Of a stretch of DNA of 64,000 nt, positions 1 through 12,300 are shown in pieces (positions within the stretch are counted from its first letter, which is position 1; each line of letters starts with the position of its first letter). The position numbers were made by a program, and so were the translations under genes. The notes below the pieces were generated by a model. It searched no databases. It saw nothing but the letters and a program-made list of their open reading frames with translations, and was not told the DNA's origin. Source of the stretch: the human T2T-CHM13v2.0 reference genome, Homo sapiens. Location: the NCBI RefSeq assembly GCF_009914755.1, contig NC_060931.1; one strand, written 5' to 3'.

Positions 1-918
1 AGTGAATGTAAGGAAAGCTTAATGGATCTCTCCCACCTTAATAAATGGGAGAGCATCCCTAACACTGAGAAATCCTATAAATGTGATGTATGTGGGAAAA
101 TTTTCCATCAGAGCTCAGCCCTTACTAGACATCAGAGAATCCATACTAGAGAGAAGCCCTACAAATGTAAAGAATGTGAAAAGTCTTTCAGTCAGAGCTC
201 AAGTCTTAGTCGACATAAAAGAATACACACTAGAGAAAAACCTTACAAATGTGAAGCATCTGATAAATCCTGTGAAGCGTCTGATAAATCCTGTAGTCCA
301 AGCTCAGGCATAATTCAGCATAAGAAAATTCACACCAGAGCCAAATCTTACAAATGTAGCAGTTGTGAAAGAGTCTTCAGTCGTAGTGTCCACCTTACTC
401 AACATCAGAAAATTCACAAAGAGATGCCCTGTAAGTGTACTGTATGTGGCAGTGACTTCTGCCATACTTCATACCTACTTGAACATCAGAGGGTCCATCA
501 TGAAGAGAAAGCCTATGAGTATGATGAATATGGGTTGGCCTATATTAAACAACAAGGAATTCATTTCAGAGAAAAGCCCTATACGTGTAGTGAATGTGGA
601 AAAGACTTCAGATTGAATTCACATCTTATTCAGCATCAAAGAATTCACACAGGAGAGAAAGCACATGAATGTAATGAATGTGGAAAAGCTTTCAGTCAAA
701 CCTCATGCCTTATTCAGCATCACAAAATGCATAGGAAAGAGAAATCGTATGAATGTAATGAGTATGAGGGCAGTTTCAGTCATAGCTCAGATCTTATCCT
801 GCAACAAGAAGTCCTCACCAGACAGAAAGCCTTTGATTGTGATGTATGGGAAAAGAACTCCAGTCAGAGAGCACATCTAGTTCAACATCAGAGCATTCAT
901 ACCAAAGAGAACTCATGA
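1..918 (+). CDS. ZNF655: Last coding exon (5'-truncated by the window) of C2H2 zinc-finger protein ZNF655
   Basis: Frame open from base 1 ([12 protein letters not shown]...) to TGA 916-918; tandem CxxC-x12-HxxxH fingers with TREKPY/TGEKAH linkers; C-terminus [10 protein letters not shown]. The name rests on recall of the protein and its position upstream of TMEM225B and ZSCAN25. Confidence 0.85.
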   Translation, partial: SECKESLMDLSHLNKWESIPNTEKSYKCDVCGKIFHQSSALTRHQRIHTREKPYKCKECEKSFSQSSSLSRHKRIHTREKPYKCEASDKSCEASDKSCSPSSGIIQHKKIHTRAKSYKCSSCERVFSRSVHLTQHQKIHKEMPCKCTVCGSDFCHTSYLLEHQRVHHEEKAYEYDEYGLAYIKQQGIHFREKPYTCSECGKDFRLNSHLIQHQRIHTGEKAHECNECGKAFSQTSCLIQHHKMHRKEKSYECNEYEGSFSHSSDLILQQEVLTRQKAFDCDVWEKNSSQRAHLVQHQSIHTKENS

Positions 919-1600
919 ATGTAATGAAGATGGGAAGATATTTATCAAATTCAGGCTTCATTCAGCATCTGAGAGTTCACACCAGGGAGAAATCATGTAT
1001 GTACTGCATGTGGTAAAGCCTTCAGTCATAGCTCAGCCATTGCTCAGCATCAGATAATTCACACCAGAGAGAAACCCTCTGAATGTGACGAATGAAGAAA
1101 AGGTATTAGTGTTAAACTCTTAATCGACTCCTGCAAATCTATACCAGTGAGAAATCTTACAAATGTATTGAATGTGGCAAATTTTTCATGCTATTAGTAT
1201 TTTCATACCTTAGTCACATTTGGAGAATTCACATGGGAATAAAATTCCATTGCTGCAATGAATGTGAAAAAGCCATCAGTCAAAGAAACTACCTTGTTTA
1301 GTATCAAATTCACGCCATGCAAAAAGATTATAAATGTAATAAGCATGTATGTGTGTGAGGAGATTCAGTCATAACCCAACGCTCATTCAACATCAAAGAA
1401 TTTATACCTAAGAGAACTTATTTGGGTGTAGTAAATGGCACATCTTTCAATAGGAGTTTAACTAGTCTTTGTCATATCAGAATATCCATAGTAGACAAGA
1501 ATTTGATGTAACGCAAATGGAAAAACTCGACACCACATTTCAGGCTTTACCCAACATCGAAATAATGGAGAGAAAATTGTTGATTATTTGTTTATGAAAT
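914..1600 (+). other. Fossil (frameshifted, stop-containing) C2H2 finger repeats in the ZNF655 3'UTR
   Basis: Remnants in shifting frames: [100 protein letters not shown]. Confidence 0.85.
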
Positions 1601-1754
1601 TGTTAATACATAGTCCCAATCTTTTTCATTGCACAAAAATCTAGGGTTGACTTGGTAAATGCAGTGACATTTTCTCATGGAGTTCCTTTATTTAATATGT
1701 ATTCTAAGTAGGTACGTTTATTTTTACTTTTTTATTATAATTTTGATATTAAAA

Positions 1755-1875
1755 AGAACAGAGATGGGGTCTTGCTTTGTTGCCCAGGCTGGTCTTGAAC
1801 TCCTGGCCTCAAGCGATCCTCCCACCTGTCCTCCCAAAGTGCTGGGGTTACAGGCGTGTGTCACTGTGCTGGGCC
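1755..1875 (-). mobile_element. Alu left monomer / FLAM-like, in ZNF655 3'UTR
   Basis: gagatggggtcttgc...cccaaagtgctggggttacaggcgtg, reverse Alu left arm. Confidence 0.85.
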
Positions 1876-2590
1876 TATTTTATTTATAGAACTCATTTAA
1901 GCTGTTTTTATTTTAATATGCCCTATAAACATTTTTATATTTTTTGAAATTGGTTCTTAGTGTTCACAACTTCCATAAGATACTGCTAATGCACCAGTAT
2001 TAAAACACATCGACGTAAGTAGCTCATTTAGCTTTTTCTGCTGTTCTTGGCCCAAGTTCTTTCCAAAACCAACTCTTAGGCCTGCTCTTTACTAGGGATC
2101 TTATGTCGTATTGCTTTACAGCCACAACACTTGGATTCCTGTTGATTAACTTCTCCATTCTCTTAAGCACCTTTAGAAGATTTAGAAGTTTCCTAGTTTT
2201 AAGTGTTTCACCAGCAAGTATTCCATACCTACTTGATGTTGCTGGTCTGGTGTCTTATTTCCTAAAGTGAAGCATCTTTTTTTAAAAAAGAATTTGATTG
2301 ACAATATATCCAGTCCAATATAAGTATGAAGGATTCTCTCTCCTGAGATTGTAGCAGGCAGCCAAACATTTTCAAATGATGCCCAAGGTTTTAGCTGTCT
2401 TGTGTGCATCCACAGTCTGCGAAGAAGACATGATAAGGACATCAGGGAGCCAACAAGACTCCTAATAGCCTCACTACATTCATCCAGTGCCTATTCTGCA
2501 TGCCTAAGCTTAGAGTTCTTTTATATACCTCTACGGCCAGCAAAATGCTCAGGTCTGCTCTTGGTAGGGTAAACATAAAGAAGATACACA

Positions 2591-3040
<450 letters not shown>

Positions 3041-3759
3041 TTAGGATTGCAGATAAATGTTTGAATTCTGCTCCTCTCTCATCAATCCAGGACAGTATTT
3101 GAAGTGTGAGGGCTTTGTGTATAGTTGTTTATCCATTACCACATTTTTGTATTTTAATAGTCTACAGGCTATATAAAAGAACATGGCTTTTTGACTGATA
3201 AAAGTGATTACAGATGTTGGCTCAAGTTCAGGGCCACCATCATATACCTAACAAGAGTTCATGATTCTTTAGGTAATGTCAAAACATTTTGTATTTTTCC
3301 ATCTTAAGCTTTATAACATTTTGTGAGTAAGACAAATGTTATTTAAAATTCTTGTTGTCAGTCCAGCAATTGAGGCTTTCATAGTTCAGTGTTATAATAT
3401 TCAGTAGGGACCCTCAACAAATATATAAAAATATGTTGCTCACTCTATAATCCTCCTATGGCTAACCTCTAGGATAGTTCTGCCACTATATTTTACTTCT
3501 TTGCCATCAGCAAGAGTAGGATTTCATCAAGGCAAGGTAGGAATCTAAATGAAATTGATATATAAATGAATTGATCTAAATGTAAAAGCAAATGAAAAAT
3601 GCATGTGTTTTTTCCTGTCAAACATGTATACCCTTATGTATAGAGACCAGTAGTCACGTATGGTGACTGAAACAGGATTATGTAATCCCTAAAAAGCAGA
3701 ATATGTAAAAATCACATGTATGCGTTTGGTTTAGGAATGTGCTTTTGTACTTCCACTTG

Positions 3760-3765
3760 AATAAA
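3760..3765 (+). terminator. Probable ZNF655 polyadenylation signal
   Basis: AATAAA preceded by TGTA elements and followed by GT/T-rich sequence. Confidence 0.6.
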
Positions 3766-4055
3766 GGTGTGTTTGGTATTCTGAGAATTTGTTTCAAACA
3801 AAATCTGAAGGTCTCAGACAGAAGCGTTTGGGAATGTTGGAATCACATCTCTGGCTGCAACTCCTTTCCTCCCTGGAACTTGCTTCACAGCAAGAATGGA
3901 TCACTTTCCTTTGCATTGATAACAAAGCTTGCTTTTCCACAGACCTCTGGAACAAAAGCTGAATGTTTGGGACTTAAAGGGGATTTGATTGGGAAGTTGT
4001 TGGTATATAAAATAAGACTAAATAGTTCGAGGTTTCAGTAGAACTAGGAATAACT

Positions 4056-4374
<319 letters not shown>

Positions 4375-4645
4375 TAAAACACTTTAAAAAAGGCGGACTC
4401 AAAATAGTCCTTTAGGGCAATCCTTTAAGCAGATATTTAATTGGCCTGATACATGAGTTTGTGTTCTGAGTCATTTTGGTCTTGAAAGGGGAGAGAAGAG
4501 AAATACGATAGTAGAGGGCACTTTTATCTTCTGTCTTTCCACCTACCTACACACACGTATGTTTGTACATATCTAAACTTTATTCTCAATTCTGCAAAGC
4601 AGCTAGCTTCATTTTACAAAGGAATATTTTAGTAAACATACCCCA

Positions 4646-4945
4646 GGCCAGGTGCAGTGGCTCACGCCTGTAATCTCAACACTTTGGGAGGCTGAGGCGG
4701 GCAGATCACTTGAGGTCAGGAGTTGGAGACCAGCCTGGCCAATGTGGCGAAACCCAGTCTCTACTTAAAATAGAAAAATTAGCCAGGCATGGTGTTGCGT
4801 GCCTATAATTCCAGCTACCTGGGAGGCTGAGGCGCAACAATAGCTTGAGCCTGGGAGGCAGAGGTTGCAATGAGCCGAGATTGTGCCACTGCACTCCGGA
4901 GTGAGACTCTGTCTCAAGAAAACACAAAAAAACAAAAAACAACAA
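4646..4945 (+). mobile_element. Alu (S-like)
   Basis: Full dimer, atacccca-type target duplication on both sides. Confidence 0.95.
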
Positions 4946-5866
4946 TATACCCCAAAGTGATGTTGGTATTACACAGATCTCAAAACCCAGAGAAGTTTGA
5001 TAGCTCTTCATTCCCTAGTACATCGCTGATGACTCACTGTCATTAGTTTGCAACTGATCTCAAGTGCTCCGAGAGCTCTCTGGGATACTAGGAGAGAATA
5101 TCCTGAGATTTTTTTAGGGAGCTAGTCAAACCCCTGCTCTGAAACAGGGTTGGACAGTTTTGACAATGGCAGGTCACAGGTCAAAGCTCTCAAATTTCAT
5201 ATGTCCTGTCAAGATACCGCTGCTGCCATCACTAGATTTGCATTTCCATTACACCGTGACCAAATTTACTCTTAATATTTTTCTGATAACCAGAACTTGC
5301 TGGTGGGCATGTATCCTTGCTAAGAGTCACTATCACCTCTGGTTATAGCAGTGGAGCAAAGTGGTAATGGGAAAATTCCTAGGTTTTTGGCCTGAGCAAA
5401 AGGGTGGATAGAAGTAGATGACAGGTGGGGAACACGGGGAGAGGGGCACGGAGAGTTTTAGCAAAAGAGCTAGCATGTCAAGGCCTGCATGTGAGAGTAT
5501 GGCACTTTCCAGGTAATAAGTGAGGTATGGAGAAATGCCTCACTGTAGGATGTAGTATGTGGGCAACTGAGGAGGTTGAAGAACCAAGTTCAAAGGAGGC
5601 CCCTAGGGATTAGAGAACCAAGCACTATAGGATTCCCACATCTAAAAATGTTGCCTTCATTCATCCATTCATTCAGTAAACATTTAGCAGTGTAGGACTG
5701 GCATTGTTTCAGGAGGGATGCCCTGGATTTGGAGATCTTAACATGTAACTAGAGAAAACATTGGCATCCTGGGCTGTGGTGGGAACTAGCACCCGAAAGG
5801 TAACTCTGCTGGAGTCAGCAAACTGACATCTGTCCTTTTTCTAACATTTGTATCATATGAAACCAC

Positions 5867-6150
5867 TTTTTTCTTCTTTTTTTTCAAACAGAATCTTGCT
5901 CTCTCGCCCAGGGTGGAGTGCAGTGATGTGATCTTGGCTCAGTGCAACCTCTGCCTCCCAGGTTTAAGTATTTCCTGCCTCAGCCTCCTGAGTAGCTGGG
6001 ACTACAGGCACCTGCCATCACACCTGGCTAATTTTTGTATTTTTTGTAGAGACGGAGTTTCACCATGTTGGCCAGGCTTGTCTCAAACTTCTGACCTCAG
6101 GTAATCCACCCGCGTCAGCCTCCCAAAGTGCTGGGATTACAGGTGTGAGG
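5867..6150 (-). mobile_element. Alu
   Basis: Reverse dimer. Confidence 0.9.
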
Positions 6151-6333
6151 GAATCACATTTTATATTCCCTTCAAAATACAAGTGTGTGAAGGAACCGGT
6201 GTTTTAATCCAAGAGTGTAAGAACGATTTCAAACAAATGGCACCCTTTACAAATAAAGAAACTACATACATTTAAAGCTTTATTTTGTGGACACTTCCTA
6301 TTTACTCTCTGTTTTTAGAAAACTGTTAGCTAT

Positions 6334-6640
6334 GGCTGGGTGTGGTGGCCCACGCCTGTAATCCCAGCACTTTGGGAGGCTGAAGCGGGTGGATCACAAG
6401 GTCAGGAGTTCAAGACCAGCCTGGCCAACATGGTGAAACCCCGTCTCTACTAAAAATACAAAATTAGCCAGGCGTGGTGGTGCTGTAATCCCAGCTACTC
6501 TGGAGGCTGAAGGAGGAGAATCGCTTAGAACCTGGGAAGCAGAGGTTGCAGTGAGTCGAGATTGCGCCACTGCACTCCAGCCTGGGCGACAGAGTGAGAC
6601 TCTTGCCTTTAAAAAAACAACAACAACAAAAAACAAAAAC
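6334..6640 (+). mobile_element. Alu (S-like)
   Basis: Full dimer. Confidence 0.95.
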
Positions 6641-7131
6641 GGTTAGCCTCTTGTATGTGTGTTTCATTTATGTTTATACATTTACAACCTGGGCATAATG
6701 AAAGCATTTGTTTTGTCTTTTCCCCATTTGCTCATATTACAATGACACAGTCTTCCTCCATTGTCCTTTGTGGGTGCAGTTAGATGCCCTCGCTCTGGTA
6801 TGAGCAGGCCAGGGTTCAAATGCTGCCTTTGTTACATACCAAGTGCAGCTCTGGCATTTAGGATGGTAAAAAACAAAACCACCACCTGCACAGGACCGTT
6901 GTGAGGATTAATGAGATAGTGTCAGTTTAAGTGCTCCATAACTGGTAGTTGCTGTTTCTGAGTTTATCAGGAAACCCCTTATCACGAACAATTTGTCTCC
7001 TTAATCTTTTTTCTTCCTTTTCTGCTTCAATACATCTCATGCCTCTGGCAAACCCATACTCCTGGCCGGCTAGGTGGTTGGCTCTTGGCCCCTTCTCTAA
7101 GGCTTTTCTTGCCCGTTCCCCCTGCCTATTT

Positions 7132-7209
7132 ATAGGTGGTGCAAAAGTAATTGCGGTTTTGCCATTTAAAAAATTGCAAAACAGCAATTACTTTTGCACC
7201 AACCTAATA
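7132..7209. mobile_element. MADE1 (Hsmar1 mariner-derived MITE)
   Basis: ~78-bp palindrome taggtggtgcaaaagtaattgcggttttgcca...aacagcaattacttttgcaccaacctaata matching Hsmar1 terminal inverted repeats. Confidence 0.9.
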
Positions 7210-7279
7210 CACGCTCCAGGCCAAGCTGGGAGATGTTGGGGTGCACACAGGGAGAGGAGGACAGGCTGGCCTGTGGGTG

Positions 7280-7800
7280 AAGAGCGCGGGCCCCGCAGGG
7301 TCAACCCGGCCAGTGGTCACGAAAGGAGGTGGAGTGGGGGGAGGCGACATAGGGCAGGAAGAGGGGAGGACAAACGGGGTTCACATGGGGACCGTGGCGA
7401 TGACACGGAAGGGACAGCCAGTTAGAGTCTAGGCCCACTTAGGCGATGAAGGGCAGGTGAAGAAATCCCGTTCCATCTTCCTGCAGTCCTCCCTTGGGGA
7501 GTCCACATCCTATCCTTCTCTGGACCGGGGCGGCTCCTGGAGGGACCGCGATCGAAATGAGGCCTCCGAGCCGCCCAGAGACTCCGAAGTGCGCGCAGCG
7601 GACCACGCGGTTTCCATGCGCCCCCTAGGGTGGGTGGGCTAGCTGTGCGCCCCAGTGCGGAGAACGGAGGAGGGGTCGGCCCCGTAGCGGCTGGAAACGC
7701 AGTTGGCGGCGGGGCCCAGCTTGCGGGGCTTCTGATCGCAGGGGCGGGGCCCGCCGCCGGTTTCTAAGGGCCTGGCAGAGTTCCTGCAGTCACGGTCAGG
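7280..7800. promoter_or_regulatory. CpG island-like segment with GC box; no gene assigned
   Basis: High GC and CpG density; ggggcgggg near 7741. Confidence 0.65.
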
Positions 7801-8209
7801 GGTCTTTGCTTTCGTCCATCCCCTCCTGGAGAAAGAACGCAGCTTCTAACGCCTTCTCGGTTGGGCACCCTTCTTGGGAAAGCTCCGCCTACCATTGCCC
7901 TTGTACCTGCCCTCTCTCTCCCTTTCCTGAAGTGACTGCCCGTCTCTAGCATCGTGTTGTGAATGTGTCGAGATTTTGGCGCTGCAGCAGCATCGGAGAT
8001 TGGATCCAGCCCACGGAGAGGTCCCCAGACTCCATTTGTCCGCCCCAGGGCAGGGGCCTCGGAAGAGCAAGGGGGAGGAGCTAATCTAGCCGGCTGATCT
8101 TTGTGGCTTAGACAAAATTTAGAGTTTATTTGTCCCTCTGACCATGCTCTCAGATCAGATGGACAAGATTAGCCTTACACTTAGAAGCGTTGTGGTGCAA
8201 GACTAGTGA

Positions 8210-8626
<417 letters not shown>

Positions 8627-9067
8627 ATGACATTTTGTTTTTTTCTTCTTTGTAACCTCAAGCTGTAGCCCATGTCAGTAAAGCCTGTTTCCTCTCTCGC
8701 TGTGTGGAACAAATCTGCAGCAGTGCTGTCTAGCTCTATTGTGAGGATCTGTTATACCAGCACCTGTTAACTTGCTTGGCATTTGGAGAAGCTAGGTAAA
8801 TGTGTGAATGAATAAATGCACGAACCCAGCCAAGTATGTCCCATGAGCCAAGTACAAGAAGAGTGGACTCTTGTCCTACTCACACTCTCCTTCATCGTTA
8901 GGAAAGTGGCATTTTTCTACCCAAGGCATAAACTCTGAGAGTGGATACAATGGACAGGTCAGCCACCTGTTAAGAGAAATGGAAGTTAAAAGATTTATAA
9001 CATTTTGATTTCAGTCTGCTGTCCCACCATTATCAGGTGTATGGCCATTTAAAGAAAATGAAGTTGG

Positions 9068-9379
9068 GGCCAGTCACGGTGGCTCACGGCTGTGATCCCA
9101 GCACTTTGGGAGGTTGAGGCATGCAGATCACTTGAGGTCAGGAGTTTGAGACCAGCCTGGCCAATATGGTGAAACCCTGTCTCTACTAAAAATGAAAAAC
9201 AAATTAGCCGGGTCTGATGGTGTGTGCATGTGGTCCCAGCTACTCGGAGAGGCTGAGGTGGGACAGTTGCTTGAACCTGGGAGGTGGAGGTTGCAGTGAG
9301 CTGAAATTGTGCCACAGCATTCCAGCCTGGGCGACACAGTTAGACTCCATTTCCCGCCCCTCTGCCCCACAAAAAAAAA
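9068..9379 (+). mobile_element. Alu abutting the left edge of the satellite array
   Basis: Full dimer ending in an A tract at ~9379. Confidence 0.9.
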
Positions 9380-9384
9380 GTACA

Positions 9385-12300
9385 CCGATATGATAGGGGA
9401 GTGTACTCCCTCTGCGATATTGCGAATAATATTGTCGTCTCCCTTTCTGGATATTAGGAGCAATATCAGAAGGAGGATACCCTGCAATATTGGAAGTAAT
9501 ATCATCCTCTACCACCCTGGATGTGTGTACACCTTTTGCAAAACTGGGAGTAATATTGTCTCCCCCCCCAATATTAAAAACAATATCACAGGGTGGGTGT
9601 ACACTCCCTGCGATATTGGGGTTAACATCATCCTCTCTTTCCCTGATATTAACCACAATGTCAAAGTAGGGGTGTACACCCCCTGCGCTATTGGGAGTAA
9701 TGTCATCCTTTCTCCCCCTGGATATTAGGAAATGTCTCAAGTGGGGTTTATACCCCCTGCAATATTGGGAATAATATCATCCTCTTCCCCCTGGATATTA
9801 GAAACAATATCACGGGGGGCGAGGTGTACATTCTCTGCGATATTGGGCATAGTATCATCTTCTCCCATCCTTAATATTAGGAACAGTATCACGGGGGGGT
9901 GTACACCCCCTGCGATATTGGAAGTAATATCATCCTCTCCTACCCTGGACATTAGTTATAATATCACAGTGCAGGTGTACACCCCCTGTGATATTGGGAG
10001 TAATATCATCCCCTTTTTTCCTGGATATTAAGAACAATATCACAGTGGGGGCGTACAACCCCTGTGATAATGGAAGTAATATTGTCCTCTCTTCTCCTGG
10101 ATATTAGGAACAAAATCACATGGGGGTTGTACACCCTCTCCGATATTGGGAGTAACATCATCCTCTCCTACCATAATTATTAGGGACAATATCACAGGGG
10201 TGGTGTACACCTTCTGCGATATTGGGAGTAATATCATCCTTTCCCCATCTGGATATTTGGAACAATATCATGGGGGAGGGTGTATACCCCTTGTGATATT
10301 GAGAGTAATATAATCCTCTCCCCACCTAAATATTAGAAACAATATCATGGGGTGGGGTGTACACCTCCTGCAATATTGCGAGTAATATCATCCTCTTTCC
10401 CCCCTGCATATAAGGAACAATATCACGGGGTGGGGGGTACACCCCCTGCGATTTTGACAGTATTATCATCGCCTCCCCCCTTGGATATTAAAAACAATAT
10501 CACAAGGGAAATATAACCTCCCTGTGATATTGGGAGTAATATCATCCTCTCCCTTTCTGGGTATTAGAAATAATATCAGAGAGTGGGTGGTCACCCCCTC
10601 CGATATTGGGAGTAATATCCTCTCCCCTTCTGGATATTAAAAGCAATATCATAGTGAGGGTGTACACCCTCTGCGATATTGGGAATAATGTCATTCTCTC
10701 CACCTGTGGATATGACAAACAATATCACAGTGGGAGTGTACACCCTTTGGGATATTGGGAATAATAACATCCTCTCCTACCCAGGATATTAGGAATAACA
10801 TCGAAGGGGGATGTACATGCCCTGCGATATTGGGAGTAATATCATCTTTTCCCTCCCTGGATATTAGAAACAATATCACAGGGGAGGTGTACACCTTCTG
10901 CGATATTGGAAGAAATATCATCCTCTCCCAACCTGGATATTAGGAACTGTATCACAGGGGAGGTATACACCCCCTGCGATATTGGGAGTAATATTTTCCT
11001 CTCCTCCCTGGATATTAGGAACAATATCACGGGGGTGTACACCCCCTTCAATATTGAAAGTAATATCCTCTTTTCCCCTGGAGATCAGGAACAATATCAA
11101 TGGAGGGTGTACACCCCCTTCAATATTGGGGTAATATCATCCTCTCCTTCCCTTGATATTAAAAACAGTACCACAGGGATGTGTACAACCCCTGCGATTT
11201 TGAAAGTAATATCATCCTGTCCTCTTCTGGATATTAGGAAGACTATCACAGGGGTGTGTGTACACCCTCTGCGATATTGGGAGCAATATCATCCTCTCCC
11301 CCCTGGATATTATAAACAATATCACAGGGGTGGTGTACACCCCTGCAATATTGGCAGTATATCATCATTTCCCCCGCTCCCAGATATTAGGAACAATATC
11401 ACGGTGGGGGGGTGTACACGCTCTGTGATATTGGGAGTAATATCATCCTCTCTCTCTCTGGATATTAGGAACAATATCACAGGGAGGGTGTACACCCCCT
11501 CGATATTGAGTAATATTTTCTCCCCCACTGGAAATTAGGAACAATGTTACAGAGGGGGTGTACACCAACTGCGATATTGGTGGTAATATCCTCTACTTCC
11601 TGGATATTAGGAACAATCTCACTGGGGGTTGTACACCCCCTGCGATATTGGGAGTAATATCATCCTCTCCCCCTCTGGATACTAGGAACAATATCACATG
11701 GGGGGTGTACACTTCTCACACTATTGGGAGCAATATCATTTCCTCCCCCCCTACATATTAGAAACAATATCACAGGGGTGTTGTACACCTTCTGCGACAT
11801 TGGGAGTAATAGCATCATCTTTCCCAGTGGATATTAAGAACAATATCACAGGCAAGGTGTACATTCCTTGAGATATTGGGAGTAATATCCTCTCCTAACC
11901 TGAGTATTAGGAACAATATCACAGTGGGGGTGTACAACTTCTACGATATTGGGAGTAGTGTTATCCTCTCCACCCTTGTATATTAGGAAGAATATCACAC
12001 TGGGGGTGTACACCCCCTGCGATATTGAGAATAATGTTATACTCTTCACTCCTGGGTATTAGGAAGGAAGAACACCTACAAAGGGGGTGGACACCCCCTG
12101 CGATATTGGGAGTAATGTCATCCTCTCCTTCTCTGGATATTATGAACAAAATCACAGAGTGTGTGTACACTTTCTTTGATATTGGGATTAATATCATTCT
12201 CTCTTCCACTGGATATTAGAGGTAATATCACATGGGGAATGTACACCCTGTGATATTGACAGTAATATAATTGTCTCCCCACCTGCAAATTATTAACAAT

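Noticed and set aside
8640-9060. Idea that the satellite expanded inside a single MIR
   Set aside because: The matching MIR half is not visible at the left boundary, which is an Alu tail.
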